Source: Methanococcus maripaludis | GTDB lineage: Archaea; AGJL01; Methanococci; Methanococcales; Methanococcaceae | Direction of reading: 5' to 3' | Length of the DNA stretch: 32,000 bases | Assembly (NCBI RefSeq): GCF_002945325.1 | Contig: NZ_CP026606.1 | Location: 60,001 to 92,000, forward strand | Shown: piece after piece, positions 20,588 to 28,711 of the stretch | How positions within the stretch are numbered: the stretch's first letter is position 1 | Layout: each line of letters opens with the position of its first letter | Translations under genes and position numbers: made by a program | The notes under the pieces: model-generated | What the model was told of the DNA's origin: nothing | Databases searched by the model: none | What the model saw: the letters and a program-made list of their open reading frames with translations, nothing else

Positions 20588-20746
20588 TTAATCGCTTATT
20601 TTAAATATATATTTGCATTCGGGGCAGATTATCTTTTTCCCTACTGAATTAAATTCTTTTCCGCATTTTGGACATTTTGTCTTATTTGTTTTTAATTTAT
20701 CGAGATCTATTGTTGTGTACTTGCTGATTTCATTTTTAAAATTCAT
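20588..20746 (-). CDS. Small zinc-ribbon protein (52 aa), missed by the ORF track
   Basis: Translation: MNFKNEISKYTTIDLDKLKTNKTKCPKCGKEFNSVGKKIICPECKYIFKISD; two CPxC knuckles; AGAGGA SD just upstream of ATG. Confidence 0.8.
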   Translation of the reverse strand: MNFKNEISKYTTIDLDKLKTNKTKCPKCGKEFNSVGKKIICPECKYIFKISD

Positions 20747-20833
20747 AATATTCCTCTTAAGCAATAATATTTATATTTAAAATTATAATGATTTATATAA
20801 GCTTAATGTTGATTTAAAAGTTACAGTGAAAAA

Positions 20834-21061
20834 ATGGGTTTAAAATATTTAGCATTCAAAAATCGGGGCCAGATATCTCTTGAACTTGGTGTTTTGGTAC
20901 TGGCTGTAGCTATGGTTGCAGTATTTGCAGGGTACTTGTACATACAAAGTACGTTAGAATCCGCAGTTAAGATAAATCAGACAGCAAATGGTACTGTCGG
21001 CATGTATAACAGTGCAGTAAACAGAATTACTGAATCTGTTGGAAACTTAAGTAATAATTAA
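20834..21061 (+). CDS. Class III signal peptide (type IV pilin/archaellin-like) protein
   Basis: 75 aa; [30 protein letters not shown] matches the EppA-type prepilin motif (charged residues, G|QxSxE, hydrophobic helix). Confidence 0.87.
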
Positions 21062-21072
21062 ATGGTGAAACT

Positions 21073-21465
21073 TTGAAAGAGCTAAATGGTAGAATTATTT
21101 CAAAAGGAGTCGTTGAAGGGGAAGCAATTATTTCAAAATCGCCTATTTCATTTCTTGGTGGCGTAAATGAGGAAGGAATTGTAACTGACAAGGAAAATGA
21201 ACTTTTTGGAAAAAGTATTGCAAATAAAATATTTGTATTTCCAAGTGGAAAAGGAAGTACCGTTGGTTCTTATGTAATCTACGGGCTTGCTAAAAGAGGA
21301 CTTTTAAAAGGAATGGTAAATTTTGAGTCTGAACCAATTGTCGCAACAGGTGCAATTCTTGGAAAAATTCCACTCGTGGATAAAGTTAATATAGATGAAA
21401 TTAAAGATGGCGATATAGTAGTAGTTGATGGAAACACGGGAACTGTTAAAATTAAAGAACAGTAA
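21073..21465 (+). CDS. DUF126 / aconitase-X swivel domain protein (phosphomevalonate dehydratase small subunit-like)
   Basis: 130 aa; GRIISKGVVEGEAIIS, FVFPSGKGSTVGSYVIYGLAKRG, ATGAILGKIPLVDKV. Confidence 0.85.
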   Translation: MKELNGRIISKGVVEGEAIISKSPISFLGGVNEEGIVTDKENELFGKSIANKIFVFPSGKGSTVGSYVIYGLAKRGLLKGMVNFESEPIVATGAILGKIPLVDKVNIDEIKDGDIVVVDGNTGTVKIKEQ

Positions 21466-21531
21466 ACTAAAAACATACTTTCCTACTATTTTGAATATTT
21501 ATTTACATTTTAAAATGTGTGAGATGAGACT

Positions 21532-22569
21532 ATGAGGAAATCGAGAGACGCAAACCCATTTAAGGCAATGCCGAATATATTATACCCTGACGAATTGATG
21601 GACAAGGCTTACAACAGGTCAGAAAAGATCGCAGGGGAACTTAGAACAACTACGAGAGGATTAAGTACTCCAAAATCAAAGATAATCGAAGATAATAAAA
21701 TCAGGACCACTGCATCAGTTATTTCAGATAATCTTTTAAAAATTGTGGAAAAAACCCCTTCAATAGATAATTTGGATCCATTTTATAGGGAAATTCTTGA
21801 AATCATGGTTGGAAGCGACGAATTTAAAAAATCGCTTGCGGCAGTTCAGTGGGCTTCTGAAATCGTGAAAAAATTAGGAACCCAATATTCAAGAAAAGTT
21901 AAGAAAGCACCAAGCCCACAAGCGACGTCAATTGTTAGAAAAGAATTTATCGGAAGGGTTTCATCAGTTTTAAAACAGATTTACCCAAATATGGCGTTTT
22001 TAGGTGTTGCAAGAAACAAGCTTAAAAACATTCCAACAGTAAAAAATTTGCCATCCGTAGTTATTGCAGGATACCCAAACGTTGGAAAATCAACACTCCT
22101 TAGAACACTTACCGATGCAGAACCTGAAGTAAATTCTTACCCATTTACTACAAAAGGACTGAATATTGGATATACTGAAGAAGGAATTCAGATAATTGAT
22201 ACACCTGGTGTTTTGGACAGGCCAATTTACGAAAGAAACGATATCGAACTTCACGCGGTAGTTGCAATAAACTATCTTTCAGATATGATTTTATTTGTAA
22301 TTGACCCAACAGAATTTTGCGGTTTCACAATGGATGAACAGTTTAACTTACTTCAAGAAATTAGAAAAACGTTTAACGTTCCAATTTTAGTTGCACTTAC
22401 AAAAATGGATGTTGATGAAATAGAAGGATTAGATAAGCTTGAAGAAGATCTTGGGGAATATGAAGTATTAAAAGTATCTTCATTTAAAAAAGAAGGTATT
22501 GCAGACTTAAGAGAAAGACTCTTAGATATCCTTGACGAACAGGGTTTAATGGATCTTTTAGAAGAATAA
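21532..22569 (+). CDS. NOG1-family GTPase
   Basis: 345 aa; G1 GYPNVGKSTLL, G3 DTPGVLD, G4 TKMD; N-terminal NOG1-like helical region (NPF...MPNILYPDELMDKAYNRSEK). Confidence 0.92.
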   Translation: MRKSRDANPFKAMPNILYPDELMDKAYNRSEKIAGELRTTTRGLSTPKSKIIEDNKIRTTASVISDNLLKIVEKTPSIDNLDPFYREILEIMVGSDEFKKSLAAVQWASEIVKKLGTQYSRKVKKAPSPQATSIVRKEFIGRVSSVLKQIYPNMAFLGVARNKLKNIPTVKNLPSVVIAGYPNVGKSTLLRTLTDAEPEVNSYPFTTKGLNIGYTEEGIQIIDTPGVLDRPIYERNDIELHAVVAINYLSDMILFVIDPTEFCGFTMDEQFNLLQEIRKTFNVPILVALTKMDVDEIEGLDKLEEDLGEYEVLKVSSFKKEGIADLRERLLDILDEQGLMDLLEE

Positions 22570-22597
22570 TTTTCTTTTTTTAGTTTTTTATGCTTTT

Positions 22598-23251
22598 TTA
22601 GTTTTTTGAAATATTGTAGCTTTTAAAGCCACCTACAAGTCTTTTTACTTTAAATCCTAATAGTTTTAGTATCGTTGCAATTGATTGGCTTCTCATTCCG
22701 CCCCTTGCACAAAACACTACTAAATTTTTATTTGGATCTAATTTTAAAGATTCTGAAACTATTCTTTTTATTCCATCTTGAATTATAACTCCAGCTTTAG
22801 CAACTGCAACTTCTTTTCCTTCGTGTTTGTAGAGTTTTCCGATAGTTTCGTATTCATCTGTTAAAAAAAGTGGTATGTTTACTGCGTCAGGTACCGTTTT
22901 TTCAGAAAATTCTCTTGGGGACCTTGCATCAACAATTATTGTGTCTTCAAAGTTTAACTTAAAAAACTGGTCAATTGTAATAACATCGTCTGAAAGCTCA
23001 CTTCCAATTGATTCAAGGTATTTTTTAATATTTACTGGTTCAAAATAAAACATTTCGCCAGAAAATTCTAAAACAGTCGGTTTTATAATCTCTTTAGAAT
23101 TTTCAGAAATAAATGATGCAATTTGTCCAGTTAATTTTCCAGCAGCAATTTTTCCATTTCTTAAAATTACTTTTTCACCAGTTTTTAATCTGATTACTAA
23201 AATAACATCATTTTTAAAAGTAAGAAGCCTTGAAAGAATGTTTTCGTCCAT
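22598..23251 (-). CDS. Rhodanese-domain subunit of the two-gene archaeal tRNA 2-selenouridine synthase (SelU N-terminal part)
   Basis: 217 aa; DARSPREFSEKTVPDAVNIPLF and VFCARGGMRSQSIATILKLLG, the CxRGGxRS active-site loop typical of YbbB/SelU; adjacent to a P-loop gene matching the rest of SelU. Confidence 0.85.
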   Translation of the reverse strand: MDENILSRLLTFKNDVILVIRLKTGEKVILRNGKIAAGKLTGQIASFISENSKEIIKPTVLEFSGEMFYFEPVNIKKYLESIGSELSDDVITIDQFFKLNFEDTIIVDARSPREFSEKTVPDAVNIPLFLTDEYETIGKLYKHEGKEVAVAKAGVIIQDGIKRIVSESLKLDPNKNLVVFCARGGMRSQSIATILKLLGFKVKRLVGGFKSYNISKN

Positions 23252-23260
23252 GTTTTCACT

Positions 23261-23920
23261 TTAATTTTTAATTCCGTGTTTTTTCAAAATTTCATCAACA
23301 TATTTTGATATTTCTTCTGCGGATTTTAAATTATCTTCGTTATTTATTACTAAATCATGTTTTACCTTTCCAATATGTCTTAAATAGTGTTCGCTGTAAA
23401 GTCCATCTTCAATTAATATTGCAGCATCGTAATATTCATCTTTTTTTATTAAATCAATTATTTTATCCATTAATTCGATTTTTTCAGGTTTTGAAAGTAC
23501 TGTTTTTAAATCAACAAATTTATCGATTAAAATTTCCTTTTCGCTCTCGTTTTTTGGACGGTACCAGTTCAAAAGCCGTTTTATCTGGCATTCATGGGGG
23601 CAGTTTACAACTATATTGTAATTGTAGCATTTTAAATCAGAAAACGGTTCTGGGATTGTTACTTTAGTTCTTCCGCCAATTTTTTTTCCTTCAAATTCGA
23701 CTATGCAATATCCAGTACTTTCTGCAATTTTTTTCTGTTCTTCAATGCACGCATCAAACTGTTCTTGGGTACTTGATGATAAATCGTATAAATCGCCCAA
23801 AATACTGCCTTTATTGTTTGCACAGCCTTCAATATCAACTACAGTATATTTTTTCTTTAATTCGTCCAAAATTTCGGTTTTTCCGCAACCCGTTTTTCCA
23901 AAAAGTCCAAAAATAATCAT
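23261..23920 (-). CDS. P-loop subunit of the two-gene archaeal tRNA 2-selenouridine synthase (SelU C-terminal part)
   Basis: MIIFGLFGKTGCGKTEILDELKKKYTVVDIEGCANNKGSILG resembles the YbbB P-loop segment. Likely start 23920 (SD GGTG); the track's 23986 start adds 22 poorly supported codons. Confidence 0.85.
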   Translation of the reverse strand: MIIFGLFGKTGCGKTEILDELKKKYTVVDIEGCANNKGSILGDLYDLSSSTQEQFDACIEEQKKIAESTGYCIVEFEGKKIGGRTKVTIPEPFSDLKCYNYNIVVNCPHECQIKRLLNWYRPKNESEKEILIDKFVDLKTVLSKPEKIELMDKIIDLIKKDEYYDAAILIEDGLYSEHYLRHIGKVKHDLVINNEDNLKSAEEISKYVDEILKKHGIKN

Positions 23921-24220
23921 GTTTACACCAGAAATACAGTAGTAAAAACATATTAAAAAACTTAATGGATATTGATTTAAATTCATGAATATTTTGAAAA
24001 TTTTGGAAAATAATACTTTTTTGACATTTTTAAGATAAGCTACTCCATAAAATTACCCAATTTTTCCAACATAATCCTTAAAACATTTATTATCACCTTT
24101 AATACAGAACAGATAACTCAAATGGAATTTGAGAACCATTTTGAAGTTCATTTACAAACGTTAATATAGCGGTGATATTATAGTTTTTACCTTATTAGTT
24201 AACAATCAAAAGGTGATTTT

Positions 24221-27200
24221 TTGAAGGTAAGGTATTTCATAATTACCAGTTTTATTTTTCTGCTCTGCGCAAGTTTTGTAAGCGCAGAAGAAGCAGTCTG
24301 GAATGATACATTTGGTTATGGGAACGGGCAGGATATTGCATTAGATGGGGATGGAAATTCTTATGTTACAGGAGGTAGTGAGGACGTTATAACCTTAAAA
24401 TATGCTCCAAATGGAACACTCCTTTGGAATAGTACAATGGATTTTGGTATGACGTCTGAAATGGGTAATTCTATTGCACTGGATAATAGTGGAAATGCAT
24501 ACGTTGCAGGTCGTGGAAATGATAATGTTGTAATTTTAAAATATGCTCCAAATGGAACGCTTCTCTGGAATAATTCATATGATTACCTGGGCTCAATAGA
24601 TTATGGGAAAGATATTGCACTGGATAATAGTGGAAATGCATACGTTACAGGAGCTGGTAAAGGTAGATATCATTTTTATTGTATAGTCCTGAAATATGCT
24701 CCAAATGGAACGCTTCTCTGGAATTCTTCATTAACTTTAGATGACACTAATGGTTTGAAAATTGCACTGGATAATGGTGGAAATGCATACGTTACCGGAG
24801 ATGGTGATAGGAGCATTTTAACAGCAAAATATGCTCCAAACGGAACACTCCTTTGGTATACTAAATACGTCTGTGGTTCATCAACAATGTCTACTGTTGG
24901 GGAAGATATTGCACTGGATAATAGTGGAAATGCATACATTGCAGGTATTGGAAATACAGGTGTTTATGAGGATTATCTTTATATAACCTTAAAATATGCT
25001 CCAAATGGAACGCTTCTCTGGAATAGAACTGTTAATCTTGGATTAACTGATCAAGCTTTTGGTATTGAAGTAGATGCACTTGGAAATGCATACGTTACCG
25101 GTTGTGTGGATAATGGAGTAACCCAGGATATAATGACAATAAAATATGCTCCAAATGGAACTCAAGAGTGGAACAGATCTGTAGATTATAATGGCCGAGA
25201 TAATGCACTCGACGTTGCACTGGATAATAGTGGAAATGCATACGTTGCAGGATATATAACTGATAGTTCAGATCAGCAAGTTTTTGTAATTAAATATGCT
25301 CCAGATGGCAGTGAATTATGGAACAGTACCTGCCTTTACCGGTCTACTTCCTACGGGATAGCTATTGCACTGGATAATGATGGAAATGCATACGTTACAG
25401 GATCTGTTTCAGGTGCTACGATTGTAACCGTTAAATTTGGAATTCCTGTTGACGAAACTGCGCCTGAAGTTACAATAAATACTTTAGAAAAATCGTACAA
25501 CACAACATCAATTGTTACAAATGCAACTGCAACCGATTTAAACTTAGATTCAGTTATTGCTGAAATAAACGGAACTGAAAATATAACTTTAGAAAACATT
25601 TCAGGATACTTTGTAAATTCCACTTTCGAGTTTTCAGAAGGATTGAATACACTTAAAATATATGCAAATGATACTAGTGGAAACATAAATTCAAGCGAAA
25701 ATATAACTTTTATTGTAGATACTACAAATCCAGAACTTAGAATTGAAACTTCAAACGTTTCAAACACGTCTGAATTAACAATAAACGTTACAGTAACGGA
25801 TAATATTGGGCTAAACTACACTAATATTTCAATAGTTGATAATTATGGAAATTTAGTAAATTCAACAATAAATGAAACTAATGGAACATATCAGATTACT
25901 TTAAGAGTTCCTGCGGATGGAATTTATAATATAACCGCAACTGCGTTTGATATGGTTGAAAATAAAAACACAACAGAAGCAATTGCTGTAAATGTGGATG
26001 AAAATGCACCATTGGTCACAATAAATACTTTAGAAAAATCGTACAACACAACATCAATTGTTATAAATGCAACTGCAACCGATTTAAACTTAGATTCAGT
26101 TATTGCTGAAATAAACGGAACTGAAAATATAACTTTAGAAAACATTTCAGGATACTTTGTTAATTCCACTTTCGAGTTTTCAGAAGGCTTAAATACACTT
26201 AAAATATATGCAAATGATTCGTTTGGACATATGAATTCAAGCGAAAACATAAGTTTCATTGTAGATTTAAATTCACCAGAAATTACAATCAAATTGATCG
26301 AAGGAAAATACCTTAACAATGGATCAAACGTTATAAACTTCACAGTTAATGAAAGTAACCTTGATAAAGTTACTGCATTCAATGGATCAACTGAAATACT
26401 TCTTAATAACCGTACGGGAAACTACTTAAATTCTGTAGTTTTAAATGAAGGCATTTACAACGTAACGATAAGAATAAACGATACTGCGGGAAATATTGCA
26501 GAAAAAAGTTTAAATTTCATAATTGATACAACTGCACCAGTGGTTGCAATTAACACCCCAATAAACGGAACTACATTTACTACAAGTTCTTTTTCAATAA
26601 ATATATCTGCAAATGATTCATTATTAAATGTTTCATCAGTTATTGCTAAAATTGGAAGTGTTAGAAACGTAACACTTTCATTTGATGGAGATTACTACAC
26701 TGGAAGTACTGGGACTCTTTCAAACGGAAACTATGAAATAACAATTCTTGCAACGGATTTGGTAGGAAACGTAAATTCAAACGAAACTGTAAATATAACA
26801 GTTGCAGTTCCTGCTTCAATCTCATCATCTGGAAGTGGTGGAAATCACTACAGTTCAGACCTTTCAAATGGAATTACTTCATCAGTTATTAAAACTGCGG
26901 TTTCAAACTCAAATATTGTATATGGAAGCGATGTAGATGAAGGATATGCCCAAGATTTAAGAGAAAACCTCTACGATTCAGAAGATTACGAGATATCTGG
27001 AGATACAATAATTGTTGGTGGGCCAAAATATAACGTGCTTGCTAACAAATACGATTCCAAATTTGGAATATCAATTTCAAATGACTACCCTGGAGAAAAT
27101 AAAGGGGTTATTCAGGTATTAAAAGTTCAGGACAACTCTGGAAAAATCGTTCAAAGCTACACGGTAGTATATATTGCAGGTTCTGATAGACTTGGAACAC

Positions 27201-27292
27201 AAGCTGCATTAGAATACTTCAAAACTTTGGATGAGTTGCCAGAAAGGCCAATCACTATTGAATGGACAGAAAACGGTCCGGTCTTAGCTTAA
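24221..27292 (+). CDS. Large secreted surface protein: beta-propeller-type repeats, Ig-like repeats, S-layer-like C-terminal domain
   Basis: 1023 aa, TTG start after AGGTGAT; signal peptide MKVRYFIITSFIFLLCASFVSA; about 8 copies of DIALDNSGNAYVxG...KYAPNGTLLW; many NxT/S sequons; C-term IIVGGPKYNVLANKYDSKF...VYIAGSDRLGTQAALEYFKTL resembles methanococcal S-layer C-terminal regions. Confidence 0.88.
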   Translation: MKVRYFIITSFIFLLCASFVSAEEAVWNDTFGYGNGQDIALDGDGNSYVTGGSEDVITLKYAPNGTLLWNSTMDFGMTSEMGNSIALDNSGNAYVAGRGNDNVVILKYAPNGTLLWNNSYDYLGSIDYGKDIALDNSGNAYVTGAGKGRYHFYCIVLKYAPNGTLLWNSSLTLDDTNGLKIALDNGGNAYVTGDGDRSILTAKYAPNGTLLWYTKYVCGSSTMSTVGEDIALDNSGNAYIAGIGNTGVYEDYLYITLKYAPNGTLLWNRTVNLGLTDQAFGIEVDALGNAYVTGCVDNGVTQDIMTIKYAPNGTQEWNRSVDYNGRDNALDVALDNSGNAYVAGYITDSSDQQVFVIKYAPDGSELWNSTCLYRSTSYGIAIALDNDGNAYVTGSVSGATIVTVKFGIPVDETAPEVTINTLEKSYNTTSIVTNATATDLNLDSVIAEINGTENITLENISGYFVNSTFEFSEGLNTLKIYANDTSGNINSSENITFIVDTTNPELRIETSNVSNTSELTINVTVTDNIGLNYTNISIVDNYGNLVNSTINETNGTYQITLRVPADGIYNITATAFDMVENKNTTEAIAVNVDENAPLVTINTLEKSYNTTSIVINATATDLNLDSVIAEINGTENITLENISGYFVNSTFEFSEGLNTLKIYANDSFGHMNSSENISFIVDLNSPEITIKLIEGKYLNNGSNVINFTVNESNLDKVTAFNGSTEILLNNRTGNYLNSVVLNEGIYNVTIRINDTAGNIAEKSLNFIIDTTAPVVAINTPINGTTFTTSSFSINISANDSLLNVSSVIAKIGSVRNVTLSFDGDYYTGSTGTLSNGNYEITILATDLVGNVNSNETVNITVAVPASISSSGSGGNHYSSDLSNGITSSVIKTAVSNSNIVYGSDVDEGYAQDLRENLYDSEDYEISGDTIIVGGPKYNVLANKYDSKFGISISNDYPGENKGVIQVLKVQDNSGKIVQSYTVVYIAGSDRLGTQAALEYFKTLDELPERPITIEWTENGPVLA
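24475..25398 (+). repeat. Short repeats encoding IALDNSGNAYV (variants of GCACTGGATAATAGTGGAAATGCATACGTT)
   Basis: Near-identical at DNA level around 24475, 24615, 24767, 24911, 25218 and 25368, with a diverged copy near 25075 and an outlying one near 24343. Confidence 0.85.
25472..25672 (+). repeat. Copy 1 of a 201-bp direct repeat inside the surface protein gene
   Basis: ACAATAAATACTTTAGAAAAATCG...AAATATATGCAAATGAT; matches 26018..26218 with 3 mismatches by hand alignment; spacing 546 bp (182 codons). Confidence 0.93.
26018..26218 (+). repeat. Copy 2 of the 201-bp direct repeat
   Basis: Same sequence as 25472..25672 except GTTACA->GTTATA and GGATTGAAT->GGCTTAAAT. Confidence 0.93.
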
Positions 27293-27384
27293 TATTTAAT
27301 TAAAATAGATATTTTCTTTTTTAGCTTTTTTGCAAAAATTAAAAATTTAAAAAAAGTAATTTTATTTAAAAAATTTTAAAAAAT

Positions 27385-28611
27385 TTAGGTTGTATATTCT
27401 GAATTTATTTTAACGTAATCATACCCTAAATCGCATCCAAAGGCTGTGTTTTCAAAGTTTCCTCTTTTTAAATCCACGATTATTTTGATTTTATCTTCTT
27501 TCATTATTTCTTCTGCAAGCTTTAATTCCGGAGTTCCACAGTCTGCAATTTGTTCCCCTGCTTTAACTAAAATTGCCTGCTTTTCTGAAGAAATATCGCT
27601 TATTATAATATCAAAATTGTTCATATCCATTTCAGCACCGCTGTATCCAACTGCCGCTGCAATTCTTCCCCAGTTTGGATCGGCACCAAAAACCGCAGTT
27701 TTTAAAAGAAGTGATCTAACAATAGACATCGAAGCTTTTTTTGCATCTTCTTTTGTTTCTGCACCAAAAACAGTTGCTTCAATTAATTTTTTAGCTCCTT
27801 CTCCATCTGAAACAATCATTTTTGCAAGTTCTTTTGAAACATAAGTTAAAGCGCTGTCAAAATTTTCTTTACAATCGTTATAATTTACACCACTTTGGGC
27901 ATTTGCCAAAACATATACTGTATCATTTGTGCTCATGTCTCCATCGACAACTGCATTGTTAAAGCTTTCATCAGCTGCATTTTGAAGGGAATTTGTTAAA
28001 TCTTCTTTTGATATTTCAATGTCGGTAGTAATAAATCCAAGCATTGTTGCGTGAAGCATGTTTGGTGCAATCATTCCAGCACCTTTTGCAATTCCGCCGA
28101 TTCTAACCGATTTGCCATTTACTTCAAATTCAACTGCAATGGTTTTTGGAAAAGCATCCGTTGTCATTATCGCTTTTGATGCGTTTTCATTACTGTTTTC
28201 TAAATTTATATTTTCAAATGCCCTTTCAACTTCTAATGATATAATATCCATCGGCATTTTTCTACCAATTACTCCTGTTGAAGCTGAAAGAACCTGATTT
28301 TCTGGAATTTTCAATAACTCAGCTGCTTTTTTTACGAGTAATTCTGCATCATTCATTCCACCTTTTGTAAAGCAGTTCGCATTACCGCTGTTTGCAACAA
28401 TGGCCCTGAATATTTTATTATTTACTAAAGTATCCTTTGAAAGAGCAACAGGATGTGCGTAAACTTTATTTGTTGTAAATACGCCTGCTGCAACTGCATC
28501 TGTTTCTGAATATATTAATGCGGCACCGTATTTTCTATCCTTGTGCCCGTTTGCCTTAAAACCCTTTGGAGCTACGACCCCTCCATCCACAACCACGAAA
28601 TTTTCGGCCAT
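27385..28611 (-). CDS. argJ: Bifunctional glutamate N-acetyltransferase / amino-acid acetyltransferase
   Basis: 408 aa; VSASTGVIGRKMP, GGIAKGAGMIAPNMLHATMLGFITTD (autocleavage Ala-Thr), DPNWGRI. Confidence 0.96.
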   Translation of the reverse strand: MAENFVVVDGGVVAPKGFKANGHKDRKYGAALIYSETDAVAAGVFTTNKVYAHPVALSKDTLVNNKIFRAIVANSGNANCFTKGGMNDAELLVKKAAELLKIPENQVLSASTGVIGRKMPMDIISLEVERAFENINLENSNENASKAIMTTDAFPKTIAVEFEVNGKSVRIGGIAKGAGMIAPNMLHATMLGFITTDIEISKEDLTNSLQNAADESFNNAVVDGDMSTNDTVYVLANAQSGVNYNDCKENFDSALTYVSKELAKMIVSDGEGAKKLIEATVFGAETKEDAKKASMSIVRSLLLKTAVFGADPNWGRIAAAVGYSGAEMDMNNFDIIISDISSEKQAILVKAGEQIADCGTPELKLAEEIMKEDKIKIIVDLKRGNFENTAFGCDLGYDYVKINSEYTT

Positions 28612-28711
28612 GTTTCATCATCTCTTAAAATTAATTAACTCTGGAAATTATTTTTATTCTAAGTATAAAAAATTTATTCAAAACAATATCTAAAATTAAA
28701 ATTATTAAATT

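Noticed and set aside
25472-26218. CRISPR array or transposon duplication
   Set aside because: The repeats are in-frame protein-coding units (spacing 182 codons) with no spacers of CRISPR size, no terminal inverted repeats and no transposase.
24676-26867. Minus-strand ORFs 24676..24939, 25351..25767, 25924..26382, 26661..26867 inside the surface-protein gene
   Set aside because: They are antisense to a repetitive coding gene. The similarity between 25351..25767 and 25924..26382 simply reflects the DNA repeats of the sense gene.
27293-27384. Structured ncRNA between the surface-protein gene and argJ
   Set aside because: The region is dominated by A and T runs, best explained as poly-T termination for two convergent genes; no GC-rich core.
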